Assembly (NCBI GenBank): GCA_965208325.1
Contig: OZ242326.1
Coordinates: 1,536,001-1,600,000, forward strand
From: Candidatus Poribacteria bacterium
GTDB taxonomy: Bacteria > Poribacteria > WGA-4E > PCPOR2b
Direction of reading: 5' to 3'
DNA: 64,000 bases
The notes beneath the pieces were generated by a model. The model worked only from the letters and a program-made list of their open reading frames with translations, searched no databases and was not told the origin of the DNA. Position numbers and translations under genes: made by a program. Positions within the stretch are counted from its first letter, which is position 1. The number at the start of each line of letters is the position of its first letter. Of the stretch, positions 49,790-58,950 are shown piece by piece.

Positions 49790-50951
49790 TGTCGCCTCCT
49801 TTCAAATCGCGCCATTCAGAATCGTTTTCATAGTGATCAGCCATCTGTTTCGCTTGTTCCCTTAGCAGGTTGCGCCGCATCGCCGTTGGGAGTTGCATAA
49901 ATGCGCGTCGATCGGTCAATGTCCGCGGCAAGGAGGACTCAAGGGTGTCGTTGAGCAGCTGATCGGATTCTACCTCACCTATCAATCCTTCGGAGAGGGC
50001 GCGGTACACCTGCAAATAAAAACGCTTCGGTTTTTCAGGCGGAATCCGGATTGGCTCTTGCTTTTTCCAGCCCAATTTGTTGATTTCTATCCACCACTCC
50101 TTGGCGTGGGAATCTGAAATATTTTCCAACTCTTTCAAACGGTAAAGAATCGCCTGAATGCTCATCCCATAGCGCCATTTGAGAGTGAGGAGATCGTCCT
50201 TGCGGATGCGCTGTCGTTTGGTGCCAAACTCACGACGCAACTCTTCGGCGGGTGCAAGAAACGCACCGCCGAATCTAAATGCGGCTTTTTCCGAGTCGAC
50301 GTTTTCGCTTAAATTTAGCGTTAGATGTCCAAGTTCGTGCGCGATGTTGAGTCGATGCCGGTCGCCCCATGTGTCTCGGCGCACTGCAATTGCCGCCGAT
50401 AGTACGTTTCCCTCGTCGTCACGCGCCACGGAGGAAATGCCATCAAATTCCTCACCCGCGTCAATTTGTATGACGTGCACGTCGTGGTCTTCAAGTAAAT
50501 CGACGAGGTTTTCAATCGGACCAATGCCTAATTTCCAATGGCGCCGAAGCGCGAGGGCAGCGCCCTCCGCATCGTCTATTTTGGTAATCGGAAGTGCATG
50601 AATTAAAAAGTCGAGTGTCTTGAGTTCACCGATTCGTTCCTGAAATGTGACGCGTTTCTCCAACAGCTCAGCGACGAAACTCTCTAGTTGCCGCTGTTTT
50701 TTCTTACCCAAGCGCGAACGTTTCCGATAAGCAACGTGTTCTACACGACAAATCGGTTCGCCCCATAATAGGGCGGATTTGACACCGAACGCGGCGGCAA
50801 TTCGATTGAGTGCGCTCGCGGACGGGCGCATCATACCTCGCTCATACTTCGACAACGCTTGCTTGGTAACTTTCCCGGCAATGGCTGCCTCTAGATCGTC
50901 GAGCGACATGCCTCGTGCAAGTCTAAATCTTTTCAATCGTTCGGCTAACAT
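49767..50951 (-). CDS. XRE-HTH plus ImmA/IrrE (M78) metallopeptidase fusion with antitoxin-like C-terminal tail
   Basis: RLKRFRLARGMSLDDL..TKQALSKYERG HTH; RHRLNIAHELGH; EKAAFRFGGAFLAP. Confidence 0.9.
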   Translation of the reverse strand: MLAERLKRFRLARGMSLDDLEAAIAGKVTKQALSKYERGMMRPSASALNRIAAAFGVKSALLWGEPICRVEHVAYRKRSRLGKKKQRQLESFVAELLEKRVTFQERIGELKTLDFLIHALPITKIDDAEGAALALRRHWKLGIGPIENLVDLLEDHDVHVIQIDAGEEFDGISSVARDDEGNVLSAAIAVRRDTWGDRHRLNIAHELGHLTLNLSENVDSEKAAFRFGGAFLAPAEELRREFGTKRQRIRKDDLLTLKWRYGMSIQAILYRLKELENISDSHAKEWWIEINKLGWKKQEPIRIPPEKPKRFYLQVYRALSEGLIGEVESDQLLNDTLESSLPRTLTDRRAFMQLPTAMRRNLLREQAKQMADHYENDSEWRDLKGGDIVEAKTN

Positions 50952-51043
50952 GGTTGTTCTTGTCCGATGTGTTCAAAGCAAGGTGCATTTCCTCAATATA
51001 AAATAAACGCGATGGTTGACAAATTTATTCCAGATATGGGAAT

Positions 51044-51072
51044 ATTATAAACCACAGAAATGAAAAATACAA
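51044..51072 (-). promoter_or_regulatory. Sigma70 promoter for the XRE-ImmA/MazF pair
   Basis: Minus strand TTGTAT-17 bp-TATAAT, ~90 bp upstream of ATG 50951. Confidence 0.6.
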
Positions 51073-51227
51073 GGGAATTTTTGATTTTTTTTGGAGGGTA
51101 AGGGATTCTGGACGGTGTAGTTACGATGTGAGAATATGGAAACAAGACATCGGAGGATTTAAGGGTAGTTTTAAAAAAGGAACGGGTTGGTCAAATGAGG
51201 GTATGGAAGACTTTAGTTACCAAGTAT

Positions 51228-51554
51228 GTAGGTTGGGTTGAGCGAACTCGCGAATCCCAAAGTATTTTAAGCGTTGAAGGCGACACGATGCTAATGTCAA
51301 CTACGCGAAAATTGAACTCACAAATATCAGCGAAATTTACAATTTTTACAGTCCATAAAAAATGGGGAATATTGCAACAATGCTAGTCCTCGGGCGGGCT
51401 TCAAGGCGTTGCGTTTAGCCAATTTCGCCGCGATTGGTTAAGAGGTAAAGACTTAAAGACTTGAAGACTATCGCACTCCCTGTTCGGACGCTTGATCCTT
51501 CGCAATTCGTTCAGTTGATTGTTGGATTTCGCAAGCCCGCTCAACCCAACCCAC
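51228..51554. repeat. REP-doublet element A, copy 3 (more diverged)
   Basis: GTAGGTTGGGTTGAGCG...CGCTCAACCCAACCCAC; shares TTTTTACAGTCCATAAAAAA core; right arm supplies the stop codon of CDS 51541-52674. Confidence 0.8.
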
Positions 51555-52674
51555 ATTCACTGAGTTTTTTTGGGAAGTTCTCAACAGCTGCCGCTTCCCA
51601 ATTTGGATAAGCATCGGGATCGGCATCGAATTTTTGCCAAGCTTTATTCAGAATCCTCACGGGAGAGCCTGCCGACTCGTCAGTAAACATCTTTGGCGAG
51701 GCTTCTACCAACATTTTATCAATAGTCTGTCGCAGGAAACTCTCATAGGACGGCTCATAGTGTCCATAGTAATCTTCGACAATACCTAGCGTTTTTGCGA
51801 TTGTTTCCCATTCCTTTTCCAGTATATTAGCTTCAACATTGTGATTTTTTCTTCGGACCAAATCGGAGAGCAACCTTACCCGTAAGAATGTTACTGGGTG
51901 AGAGCAGGATGCTAATTCATCAGCGGGCACATGGAATGCCTCACGACCATCCATTCGAAGGTACATTGAAAAAGCCTTTAGAAAAGCCGGACCTCCCATA
52001 TAGAATCCGACTGCATCACAAAATACCTCCTGGAGCCACTGATACCACGTATCCACAATCGAAAACCGCATTTTTTGGTTTTGCTGAGCATAGAAATCGT
52101 TGCGCAGTACATTGGGTTCGAGGATGTCAGCAATGGCTTGTTGAAATTCATGCGTCAGATTATCCATCGCTGACTTGTGACAAGCGTATAGAAGGTGCCC
52201 GTATTCGTGAAAAAAGAGAGGGAGGTAAAGAAGACCATGCTGGTATGAAGGCGGCATAAAATAAATGGCCGGCTCTATGGGCAAGATTTGAAACTCTTCA
52301 TCGCTGAGCGCCACCGGAATCCGTTGCGTATCCAGATGAGACGCATGGAGCCAGAGCAAGACTTTCAGGCATAACCGATCCGAATCTCGTGCCCGTAATA
52401 TGGGGCTCACCTGGTACTGGTTAAACAACCGAAAATTCCGTGTGACGGTTTGGGTGTTACTAAAAATATCGGGTAAGATTTCCTGTTGATGACTGTCAAT
52501 GTCGGCAAGGTTTTGCTTCACCTCCTGTTGAAGGTCATCACATCTCTCAACCACCCAGTCATAGTACGGAATGAGTTCAAAAAGCAAAGACTTTCGTCTG
52601 TTAGAAATAATCGCTTGGAGACTTGTGAGCTGGTTCAGCAAGTCTACGTTGTTTTGTCTGAGGATTTTGAACAA
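51541..52674 (-). CDS. Argonaute-operon protein with zincin-like HEXXH motif
   Basis: H156-E-Y-G-H160, downstream E216VFCD220 and SHPVTFLR (M48-like layout); TTG start abuts upstream stop. Confidence 0.65.
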   Translation of the reverse strand: MFKILRQNNVDLLNQLTSLQAIISNRRKSLLFELIPYYDWVVERCDDLQQEVKQNLADIDSHQQEILPDIFSNTQTVTRNFRLFNQYQVSPILRARDSDRLCLKVLLWLHASHLDTQRIPVALSDEEFQILPIEPAIYFMPPSYQHGLLYLPLFFHEYGHLLYACHKSAMDNLTHEFQQAIADILEPNVLRNDFYAQQNQKMRFSIVDTWYQWLQEVFCDAVGFYMGGPAFLKAFSMYLRMDGREAFHVPADELASCSHPVTFLRVRLLSDLVRRKNHNVEANILEKEWETIAKTLGIVEDYYGHYEPSYESFLRQTIDKMLVEASPKMFTDESAGSPVRILNKAWQKFDADPDAYPNWEAAAVENFPKKLSECGLG

Positions 52675-53127
52675 TTAGATTGCTCCTAGCAATCGCGTCG
52701 TGTCAAGGCTAACGTGTTCTTCAAGCAATTCGCGGAATGCCGCAAGTATCTTCAGGGCTTGGCGCCAGTCTTCGGGGCAATTGGAATCATACAACCGTCC
52801 GACCTGGGAAAGTGAATGTTCCGAAAATGGAGAACTTGATGGACCTTGGTGGCGCTTCGCTTGGATGTAAATTTCTGTAAGATGACGCAAACGAGCATCT
52901 ATGCTCAAAACTGGCTTGCGATGATCATCTTCAAGATCTCGAGCAATTTTTTCCAGTCTCTCAAAGAATGCAATTAAGATTGCTCTCGCGTGTTCTGCGG
53001 CCTCTTTCCTACCCAAATCCGGATCGCCATTCAGGTTTAACTTTCGGTGAATGGACAGTGTGTTAATTGCAGATAGGAGTTCTTGGCTACGCTGGAAACT
53101 CTGGATATTCAACCAATGTGTGTTCAT
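52675..53127 (-). CDS. Small alpha-helical hypothetical protein (Argonaute operon)
   Basis: AGGAGG RBS before ATG 53127; amphipathic helices; no recognised motif. Confidence 0.7.
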   Translation of the reverse strand: MNTHWLNIQSFQRSQELLSAINTLSIHRKLNLNGDPDLGRKEAAEHARAILIAFFERLEKIARDLEDDHRKPVLSIDARLRHLTEIYIQAKRHQGPSSSPFSEHSLSQVGRLYDSNCPEDWRQALKILAAFRELLEEHVSLDTTRLLGAI

Positions 53128-53175
53128 CGGATTTTCCTCCTGAAACAATTTTCAGAGCGACATTCAGTAACCTCC

Positions 53176-55386
53176 TCATTGCATCCGTCTAATTTCTTGC
53201 TGGGCTCTTTTGGTGAGTTCCTCGTCAGTCCGTTTGAGTTCAATCGGCAGGCGCTGAGCTACGCGCGGGTTGGACCAGTTTAACTGTGAGGCCGAATACA
53301 CATCTTGTGCAACTTCAGACATGTTAACATTATTTTGACGTGCCACTAACATAAGAGGTTCAACCGTACCTTGAGGAAGGGTTGGGACACCAGTGTTGGC
53401 AAGGACTATTGTTTTGGAACCAACTATACAACCCGTCCCTTCTCGAACATTGCTAACCTGCCCCTTGTAATTTCTAAACCACATTCGAATCCCTTTGACA
53501 GTTCGTTTGTGGAGATCCACGGTGTTGATACGGACATCTTCTTTCAAAAGACCATCCTTGATAAGTGCTTTAACGGCCCGCTCAATGCCATCCAACTCGT
53601 TTCCATATTGGCGCCCGTCGCGAATGACTAAAATTGATTGAAGAGGATCAAAGGAATTTGGTTTGGTTTGTTCAAACAATCTAAGTATAGCATCTTTTAA
53701 GACCATTTCGTTGATAGTTTCATGTTTCAAATCTGGTTTAACTGAAACATGAGTCCTCAAACTGAAGGAGGGGAGCAGTGATTTTGCTCGAGAAATATGC
53801 AGTGACACCGCAAAGTATCGTCGATCCAGTCCAACATCAATAGCAAGATGAGCATCGTAATTCATTGGTGTGTCTAGTCTCCATGGAACGCAGTCCAATT
53901 GCTGGAGGACATCTAGAGCGTTCATCTCAATAAAAGAATTCCAATTTTTGTTATTATGAGAATTCGCTATTGACAATGACTTGACCCGTTTAACACGCCA
54001 GCCGGGTAATTCAAATGAAACTTTGAAATAGGTGGCAGGATCTTCATCCTCAAATACAAATACAACTATACCAGGTCTAGATTTCTCACGAAGGCGTGAA
54101 AGAGAAGTATCAACGCATTGATACAGATCCAAGTTAGAAGAAATTTTCCTATTTGTCCAGCAAGACAAACAAGAGGTGAGATCTGTAGCGAATTGATTTG
54201 CGGTGACCTTATCAATGAAATTAGGCATTCGAATAAAGATTTCGCGGTGTATGGTAGGAGGAACATCCAAACAACCAACCCGCCTCAAGAGTTGCAATCG
54301 CGTTTGGTAATAGTTGCGATAGGCTTTCGGTGTATTGGCCTGGGCGGATAGGATATTTTCTTCGGCGAATCTCAGCTTTGGAGCTCCCAGAGACAAGCTT
54401 TGTTCCCGAGGAATCCAAAACAACTTGGACACTGAAGGTCTATCTGAACCTAAGGGACAGTCGCCTAAATTAGCCCAGAATGCTTCAATCTGCGCACACC
54501 TGTCTGCAGGATGAATTTTATCCGCTTGTTTCAATGAGCGAGGAACGTCATCATTCATCACACGCAGACGAAGTTTGTTAGCCGCAACAAGCCGCGGGCG
54601 ATCTATGTTTGGGAAGGAGACCTTCGCCACAGGATCCTCAGGTTTTACATCCAAATAAGGCCTCTCCATTTGGTAGTAATCATAGAGAGAGGAATAATCC
54701 TTGTTCTTTATTCTGAATGATTCTGTGGTGGCGCAGGTTGTCTCAGAAAACTCTTCAAAATAACATTTCGTCTTATTCCGACCCGAATCATACAGTAATG
54801 TAGCTTTCTGACCTTTCTGGCGGCGACTCAAGTCTTCAAATCGTTTGGCATCTCGCTCTCCGCCTTCAAAATAATCTGCCACCGTAAGTAGAGAAAAGTA
54901 AGCAGTGCCGACATCCACGATAAGACCTATTCCTTCTCCTTCAATCGGAATGGACGATATTTCGTATCGTCTGTATGCCGCGACATCATTGGCGGCCTTA
55001 AAAGACTTTGATTCATAGAAAATACGCGGAGTATCCAGAGTCCACAGATTCGTGTGTTTACCAATCTCAATTAGGAAACACCGCTCTAACAATCGTGCTA
55101 ACATTGAAGCCTCACTTGGATGAGAACAACGAAGGTGTTTTGTCCCGTTGTCGCGGATTTCCACTCTCCAATCATCTTCTGAGATGACCCTGGGATTCAC
55201 GGGCATTGCCGTAGCAACTAGAATGCCGTCTGGACAATCGACAGATGCCAGTCCTTGTCTTCGGAGCGCGTTACATACTTTTTCCTTCAGGTCAGGAGAT
55301 ATGTCCTGACCCGTAAGACTTACTAAACGGGTAGTGAGGCGTAGATTAGACCCAGGAGCAACAATACGAATGTTGGTTTCAACCAT
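53176..55386 (-). CDS. Long prokaryotic Argonaute (N-L1-PAZ-L2-MID-PIWI), putatively catalytically active
   Basis: L1 GLIVDVG, PAZ SLYDYY..P, PIWI AIDVG (D517), HETI (E556), IRDG (D590), QGTVEP, SQLNWS, RLPIELKRTD (D721). Confidence 0.9.
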   Translation of the reverse strand: MVETNIRIVAPGSNLRLTTRLVSLTGQDISPDLKEKVCNALRRQGLASVDCPDGILVATAMPVNPRVISEDDWRVEIRDNGTKHLRCSHPSEASMLARLLERCFLIEIGKHTNLWTLDTPRIFYESKSFKAANDVAAYRRYEISSIPIEGEGIGLIVDVGTAYFSLLTVADYFEGGERDAKRFEDLSRRQKGQKATLLYDSGRNKTKCYFEEFSETTCATTESFRIKNKDYSSLYDYYQMERPYLDVKPEDPVAKVSFPNIDRPRLVAANKLRLRVMNDDVPRSLKQADKIHPADRCAQIEAFWANLGDCPLGSDRPSVSKLFWIPREQSLSLGAPKLRFAEENILSAQANTPKAYRNYYQTRLQLLRRVGCLDVPPTIHREIFIRMPNFIDKVTANQFATDLTSCLSCWTNRKISSNLDLYQCVDTSLSRLREKSRPGIVVFVFEDEDPATYFKVSFELPGWRVKRVKSLSIANSHNNKNWNSFIEMNALDVLQQLDCVPWRLDTPMNYDAHLAIDVGLDRRYFAVSLHISRAKSLLPSFSLRTHVSVKPDLKHETINEMVLKDAILRLFEQTKPNSFDPLQSILVIRDGRQYGNELDGIERAVKALIKDGLLKEDVRINTVDLHKRTVKGIRMWFRNYKGQVSNVREGTGCIVGSKTIVLANTGVPTLPQGTVEPLMLVARQNNVNMSEVAQDVYSASQLNWSNPRVAQRLPIELKRTDEELTKRAQQEIRRMQ

Positions 55387-55389
55387 TAT

Positions 55390-56280
55390 TTATTCCTTTG
55401 GACAAATACTTTGGAAACTACATTGGGCACAAATTAAAGGCTGGGCGCAAGGCGTAAAGGCGTCAGCAATTGCCTGTTTACCATATTCGTGCATCATTTC
55501 CATTCTCTCCAAGTCCTGAATAATGCGTCCTTGCGTGCGGGAAACCTCGCTGTCTGATACTTTGGACGACTCTACGGTATTGTCTGATAAATAAATGCAA
55601 TAAAGATCGATTCCGTCTGGTTGGCAATTAAACTCCTTGATGGCGCCGAGTGCATATGATAAAAGCTGCAAACTATCATCATTGCCTCCTGCTTCTCCGA
55701 TTTTCCAATCAACCACAGCGATGCGGTCTCCAGTTGGATAAGCTAAATCTAGTTTGCCACGCATGGTGAAGTGCTTGGTTTTGATGCTGAAGTTTTTTTC
55801 TATTAAAGCCTTAGTATGACGAGACCCACGGTGGAAATCAGCAAATTGTGGATTCATGGCAAAGTTGCGAAGGGCATCAAGCATACGTGATTCAGATTGC
55901 AAAAATAGACGCCCCGCATCGTTTTGACAATTATAGAACTCCATCAACAAAGAAGGCGGATAAGGACCCTTTGGGAGAGCATCTCCGCGCTTATAACTAT
56001 GTGAGTAGGAATAATCTCCCTGAGAAATTGACCGTGCCCAATTGAGCAGTCGATTAACGTTCCAAATTTCATCGTTTTGAAGTTTCCTCAAATAAGTCTG
56101 AATGACCAAGTGCAGAATTTTCCCAGCTTGAAGATGCCGATTGGTTAAAGCTTTAAGGAAATACAGATCTCGCTTTAACGGTTCAGCTTTTGCCGTAGTC
56201 TTGTTGGCGCCATAGTATTGATAGTAATAGGCTCTAGGACATCGATTAAAAAGACCTCGCCGAGAGTAGGACCACTGCAT
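55390..56280 (-). CDS. Cas4/AddB-like PD-(D/E)XK nuclease with 4Fe-4S cysteine staple
   Basis: WSYS..F.RCPR (C14), GKILH, IEK, GKLDL, VVDWK, QLLSY, C284-x2-C287-x5-C293. Confidence 0.88.
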   Translation of the reverse strand: MQWSYSRRGLFNRCPRAYYYQYYGANKTTAKAEPLKRDLYFLKALTNRHLQAGKILHLVIQTYLRKLQNDEIWNVNRLLNWARSISQGDYSYSHSYKRGDALPKGPYPPSLLMEFYNCQNDAGRLFLQSESRMLDALRNFAMNPQFADFHRGSRHTKALIEKNFSIKTKHFTMRGKLDLAYPTGDRIAVVDWKIGEAGGNDDSLQLLSYALGAIKEFNCQPDGIDLYCIYLSDNTVESSKVSDSEVSRTQGRIIQDLERMEMMHEYGKQAIADAFTPCAQPLICAQCSFQSICPKE

Positions 56281-56321
56281 AAAGTTATCTTAGCTCCCCA
56301 AGATTGATTTCGTTTCGTATC

Positions 56322-56351
56322 ATAATAACAAATTTATGAAGAGAATGCCAA
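56322..56351 (-). promoter_or_regulatory. Possible promoter of the nuclease-Argonaute operon
   Basis: Minus strand TTGGCA-18-TATTAT with TG extension; GGGGAG RBS before ATG 56280. Confidence 0.4.
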
Positions 56352-56485
56352 GTAGCTACATCCTCGTTCCTGCGAAAAACAACGCCATTATTATTTCTCA
56401 ACATGCGGTTTGACCTCTCAATCTAGCAAAACAAGTCAGGCGCGGACTTCTTGTAGAATATCATCGAACAATCTAAACTAGCGAA

Positions 56486-57400
56486 TCACAATTCATGGTA
56501 ATTTCCCTTAAATACCGCTCCATCATGCCAACTTATGAACTCATCCGATGGGTAGTTTGCCTTTTGGTCAGGAAGGTTTATTGGTTTGCCGTGAAAATTC
56601 ATCAGCCAGTCATCAAATCCCACCGATCCCTTGACATCGCGAGATACTAGAATTTCTCGTGCTTTAGATAGGGTGAATGCCCCGCGGTCAAATAGTTTAT
56701 GGTGCAGTGAACATAGAGCCAAACCATTCACTGGTTCATCGGGGCCATCATGTGTGTGCCATTTGATGTGCGCGGCATCGAGCGCAATATGCGAGGACCT
56801 CAATTGGGCATCAAAACTACACACAGCACATCTAAATTTGTAGAGTTCCAGAATTTGCGGACGGAATTTAGGATCGCGTCGCCGTTTGGTAGAAATCTGG
56901 ACTGGATATCCAATTACAATTGGCCGTATGGGAATGTCAAATCCAATTTCTAATAATATGTCTTCATGAATTGTTACCGGAAAATGTTTGTATAGAACAA
57001 GTGATAATATCTCAAAAGCCAGACCAGTGTCGCTCTGGAATTCACGAAAGATGTCCTCCGTGAACCCGCCGGAAGCGTTGTGAAGGCGTAAGTCGGTAAC
57101 TTTGGCATCGCCCTTAGAGGTCAAGCCAATTTTTCCGGCAGGTGTAACCTCCCAGACATCGTCCTCTTGTAACCGCCAAAAGGGATAATGAGTTCCTCGT
57201 TTAGAGCTTCTGGGTGCAAACTGTTGTAATAATCCTCCAAGGATGCCGTCAATCTCGCTGTAAGGAATCAGGCGGGTTCCATCACGGAAGAATCTCCGAA
57301 TGGCATACAGAACGAGTAGTGGTTTGTGCGGTGCTCTTTCGCCGCGCCTAGTCCAGAGATTCAAGTTTTCAAATAGTCGAACGATTTCTTCTCTCTGCAT
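56486..57400 (-). CDS. Phosphorothioate-DNA-binding (SBD) HNH restriction endonuclease (type IV, ScoMcrA/SprMcrA-like)
   Basis: SBD motifs GERAPHKPLLVL and HYPFWRL..D.VWE; HNH domain CAVC...AAHIKWH...NGLALCSLHHKLFDRG. Confidence 0.85.
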   Translation of the reverse strand: MQREEIVRLFENLNLWTRRGERAPHKPLLVLYAIRRFFRDGTRLIPYSEIDGILGGLLQQFAPRSSKRGTHYPFWRLQEDDVWEVTPAGKIGLTSKGDAKVTDLRLHNASGGFTEDIFREFQSDTGLAFEILSLVLYKHFPVTIHEDILLEIGFDIPIRPIVIGYPVQISTKRRRDPKFRPQILELYKFRCAVCSFDAQLRSSHIALDAAHIKWHTHDGPDEPVNGLALCSLHHKLFDRGAFTLSKAREILVSRDVKGSVGFDDWLMNFHGKPINLPDQKANYPSDEFISWHDGAVFKGNYHEL

Positions 57401-57447
57401 TTTTCAAGCTGTGCTCGTTTGGGTGACGAATTGCATATTTTACGGAA

Positions 57448-58281
57448 TCACAAATTACAAATCAGGCACGGCTCCTCATCATCCTCGTCATCAAGGACGT
57501 TGCCAATGATTTCAAGCAACGGACGATTCGGTTGGGATGCCTTTGCCCGATCCATCGCTTTCCTGTAGTTTTCCTTGATTTGCTTAATTCTTTCAGTATC
57601 AGAAAGTTCTACAAGGCTCTCGCCTTGACTCCACGTGAATCTCTCACCGGTTTCATCGTTAAACTTCTCGTAACGCTTAGCAAGTTCAAATAGGTCGGGG
57701 TGATTTTCCATCAACCCAACCCATTCGGCTTTACGTTGGTAGAAGCAGAAGTAGCACCCGGAGCGGGTTCGCCAATTGTAGTATTCCGGTAGTCCAAGAC
57801 CGCTTTCCTCCAGAATACGATAGACATCCGTCTCGGTAATGCCGTCCTCTTTGAACGGGTATTTGGGTTCAATGTTTCGGAGTGCAACGGTCTTGAGGGG
57901 TTTGTAACCGACGCGGTCTTCGTCGGCACGGATGGCGACGTAGTTATAAGCGAAATCGTCGCCGACGAATTCCTCAAAGGGCTTGATTTTGAGCAGACGG
58001 GTACACCAGCGCACCTGCGACGACGGCAGCAGACCGCCGAATACCGAAAGCCAGTGGTCAAATTCGCGCTCGGCGTTAAGCTTTTCAACCTTCTTGCCCA
58101 GAAACGCTTCCAACCGATCGAGGAATTCGTAAGTCTCCGGCAACTCTTTTCCGGTGTCGCAGAAGGCGTATTCCATCTCCGGCACTTTGTCCCGCATGTA
58201 AACCGCGAGTGCGGAGCTATCTTTGCCGCCGGAGAGGCCGAGGATGTGGCGTCTGGTTTGTTCTGTGGAATCGTTTATCAT
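57448..58281 (-). CDS. PAPS-reductase-family protein, SspD/BrxP-like (DNA phosphorothioation)
   Basis: PP-loop LSGGKDS, DTGKE, RWCTRLLK, IRADE, RSGCYFCF, C-terminal PCLIC; same island as SspC-like ATPase. Confidence 0.8.
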   Translation of the reverse strand: MINDSTEQTRRHILGLSGGKDSSALAVYMRDKVPEMEYAFCDTGKELPETYEFLDRLEAFLGKKVEKLNAEREFDHWLSVFGGLLPSSQVRWCTRLLKIKPFEEFVGDDFAYNYVAIRADEDRVGYKPLKTVALRNIEPKYPFKEDGITETDVYRILEESGLGLPEYYNWRTRSGCYFCFYQRKAEWVGLMENHPDLFELAKRYEKFNDETGERFTWSQGESLVELSDTERIKQIKENYRKAMDRAKASQPNRPLLEIIGNVLDDEDDEEPCLICNL

Positions 58282-58394
58282 TGGTTTGTTCTCTGGTTTC
58301 TACGCGGGTGTTGCACTTGTCAGCTTACTATTACTCACATCTTAATGACGATGCTAGGAACAGCGATTAACCCAATCTACAACCTCCCCTAACC

Positions 58395-58463
58395 CCTCCT
58401 TAGTAAGGAGGGGAATGATTATTGTAATGAATAGACAAGGCGTTCTCACATTGGGAAAGGCAT
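58395..58463. repeat. ~70-bp direct repeat (partner at 63890-63957)
   Basis: CCTCCTT.GTAAGGAGGGGAATGAT.ATTGTAATGAAT..ACAAG...TGGGA..G.CAT present at both sites. Confidence 0.75.
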
Positions 58464-58662
58464 TTTAAGACTAATGAAGGCGTAAAACTATCGCCTTCGC
58501 TATTCGCTCAGTTGATCCCTTGTCAGGGGGGCTTTTAAGCCTCTTTTCATATTGTGCCATGTGTAGATTAGAACGTCACGTGCTCGGTCATTGATGATAT
58601 TGGTCACGTCTTTACTGCCAATCATGCTGTTTTCTCTTCCTTTGGCTGTACACGAACATTTT

Positions 58663-58944
58663 TCAGTCACTGTTGTCCATGTGTAATTTTAACGTCACCT
58701 TTGTGTCGCCGATGTAGAACGTGTTGTTGACAACAGGTAGTGGTGCTGGTGTATCAAAGATGACTGTTCCGTTCACCACCTGCCCCGTTAATTCAACTGA
58801 TTTTACCGAGTGTTTGTGTTCTAATTCTGCAATCGCTTTGAGAAATGTAGATGGTTCAATTCGGTCATCTTCACGGTCAATGAAGGTCTCAACTAATTGA
58901 TTGAACTCTGCCGTTGTCAGGTCAGAAATCGTCTCTTTTTGCAT
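58663..58944 (-). CDS. Small hypothetical protein
   Basis: AGGAGG RBS; starts 6 bp after upstream gene. Confidence 0.65.
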   Translation of the reverse strand: MQKETISDLTTAEFNQLVETFIDREDDRIEPSTFLKAIAELEHKHSVKSVELTGQVVNGTVIFDTPAPLPVVNNTFYIGDTKVTLKLHMDNSD

Positions 58945-58950
58945 CGTCGG

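Noticed and set aside
45772..56280. CRISPR-Cas locus (Cas4-like gene plus many repeats)
   Set aside because: No cas1/cas2 or effector genes; repeats are degenerate and irregularly spaced, with no repeat-spacer periodicity.
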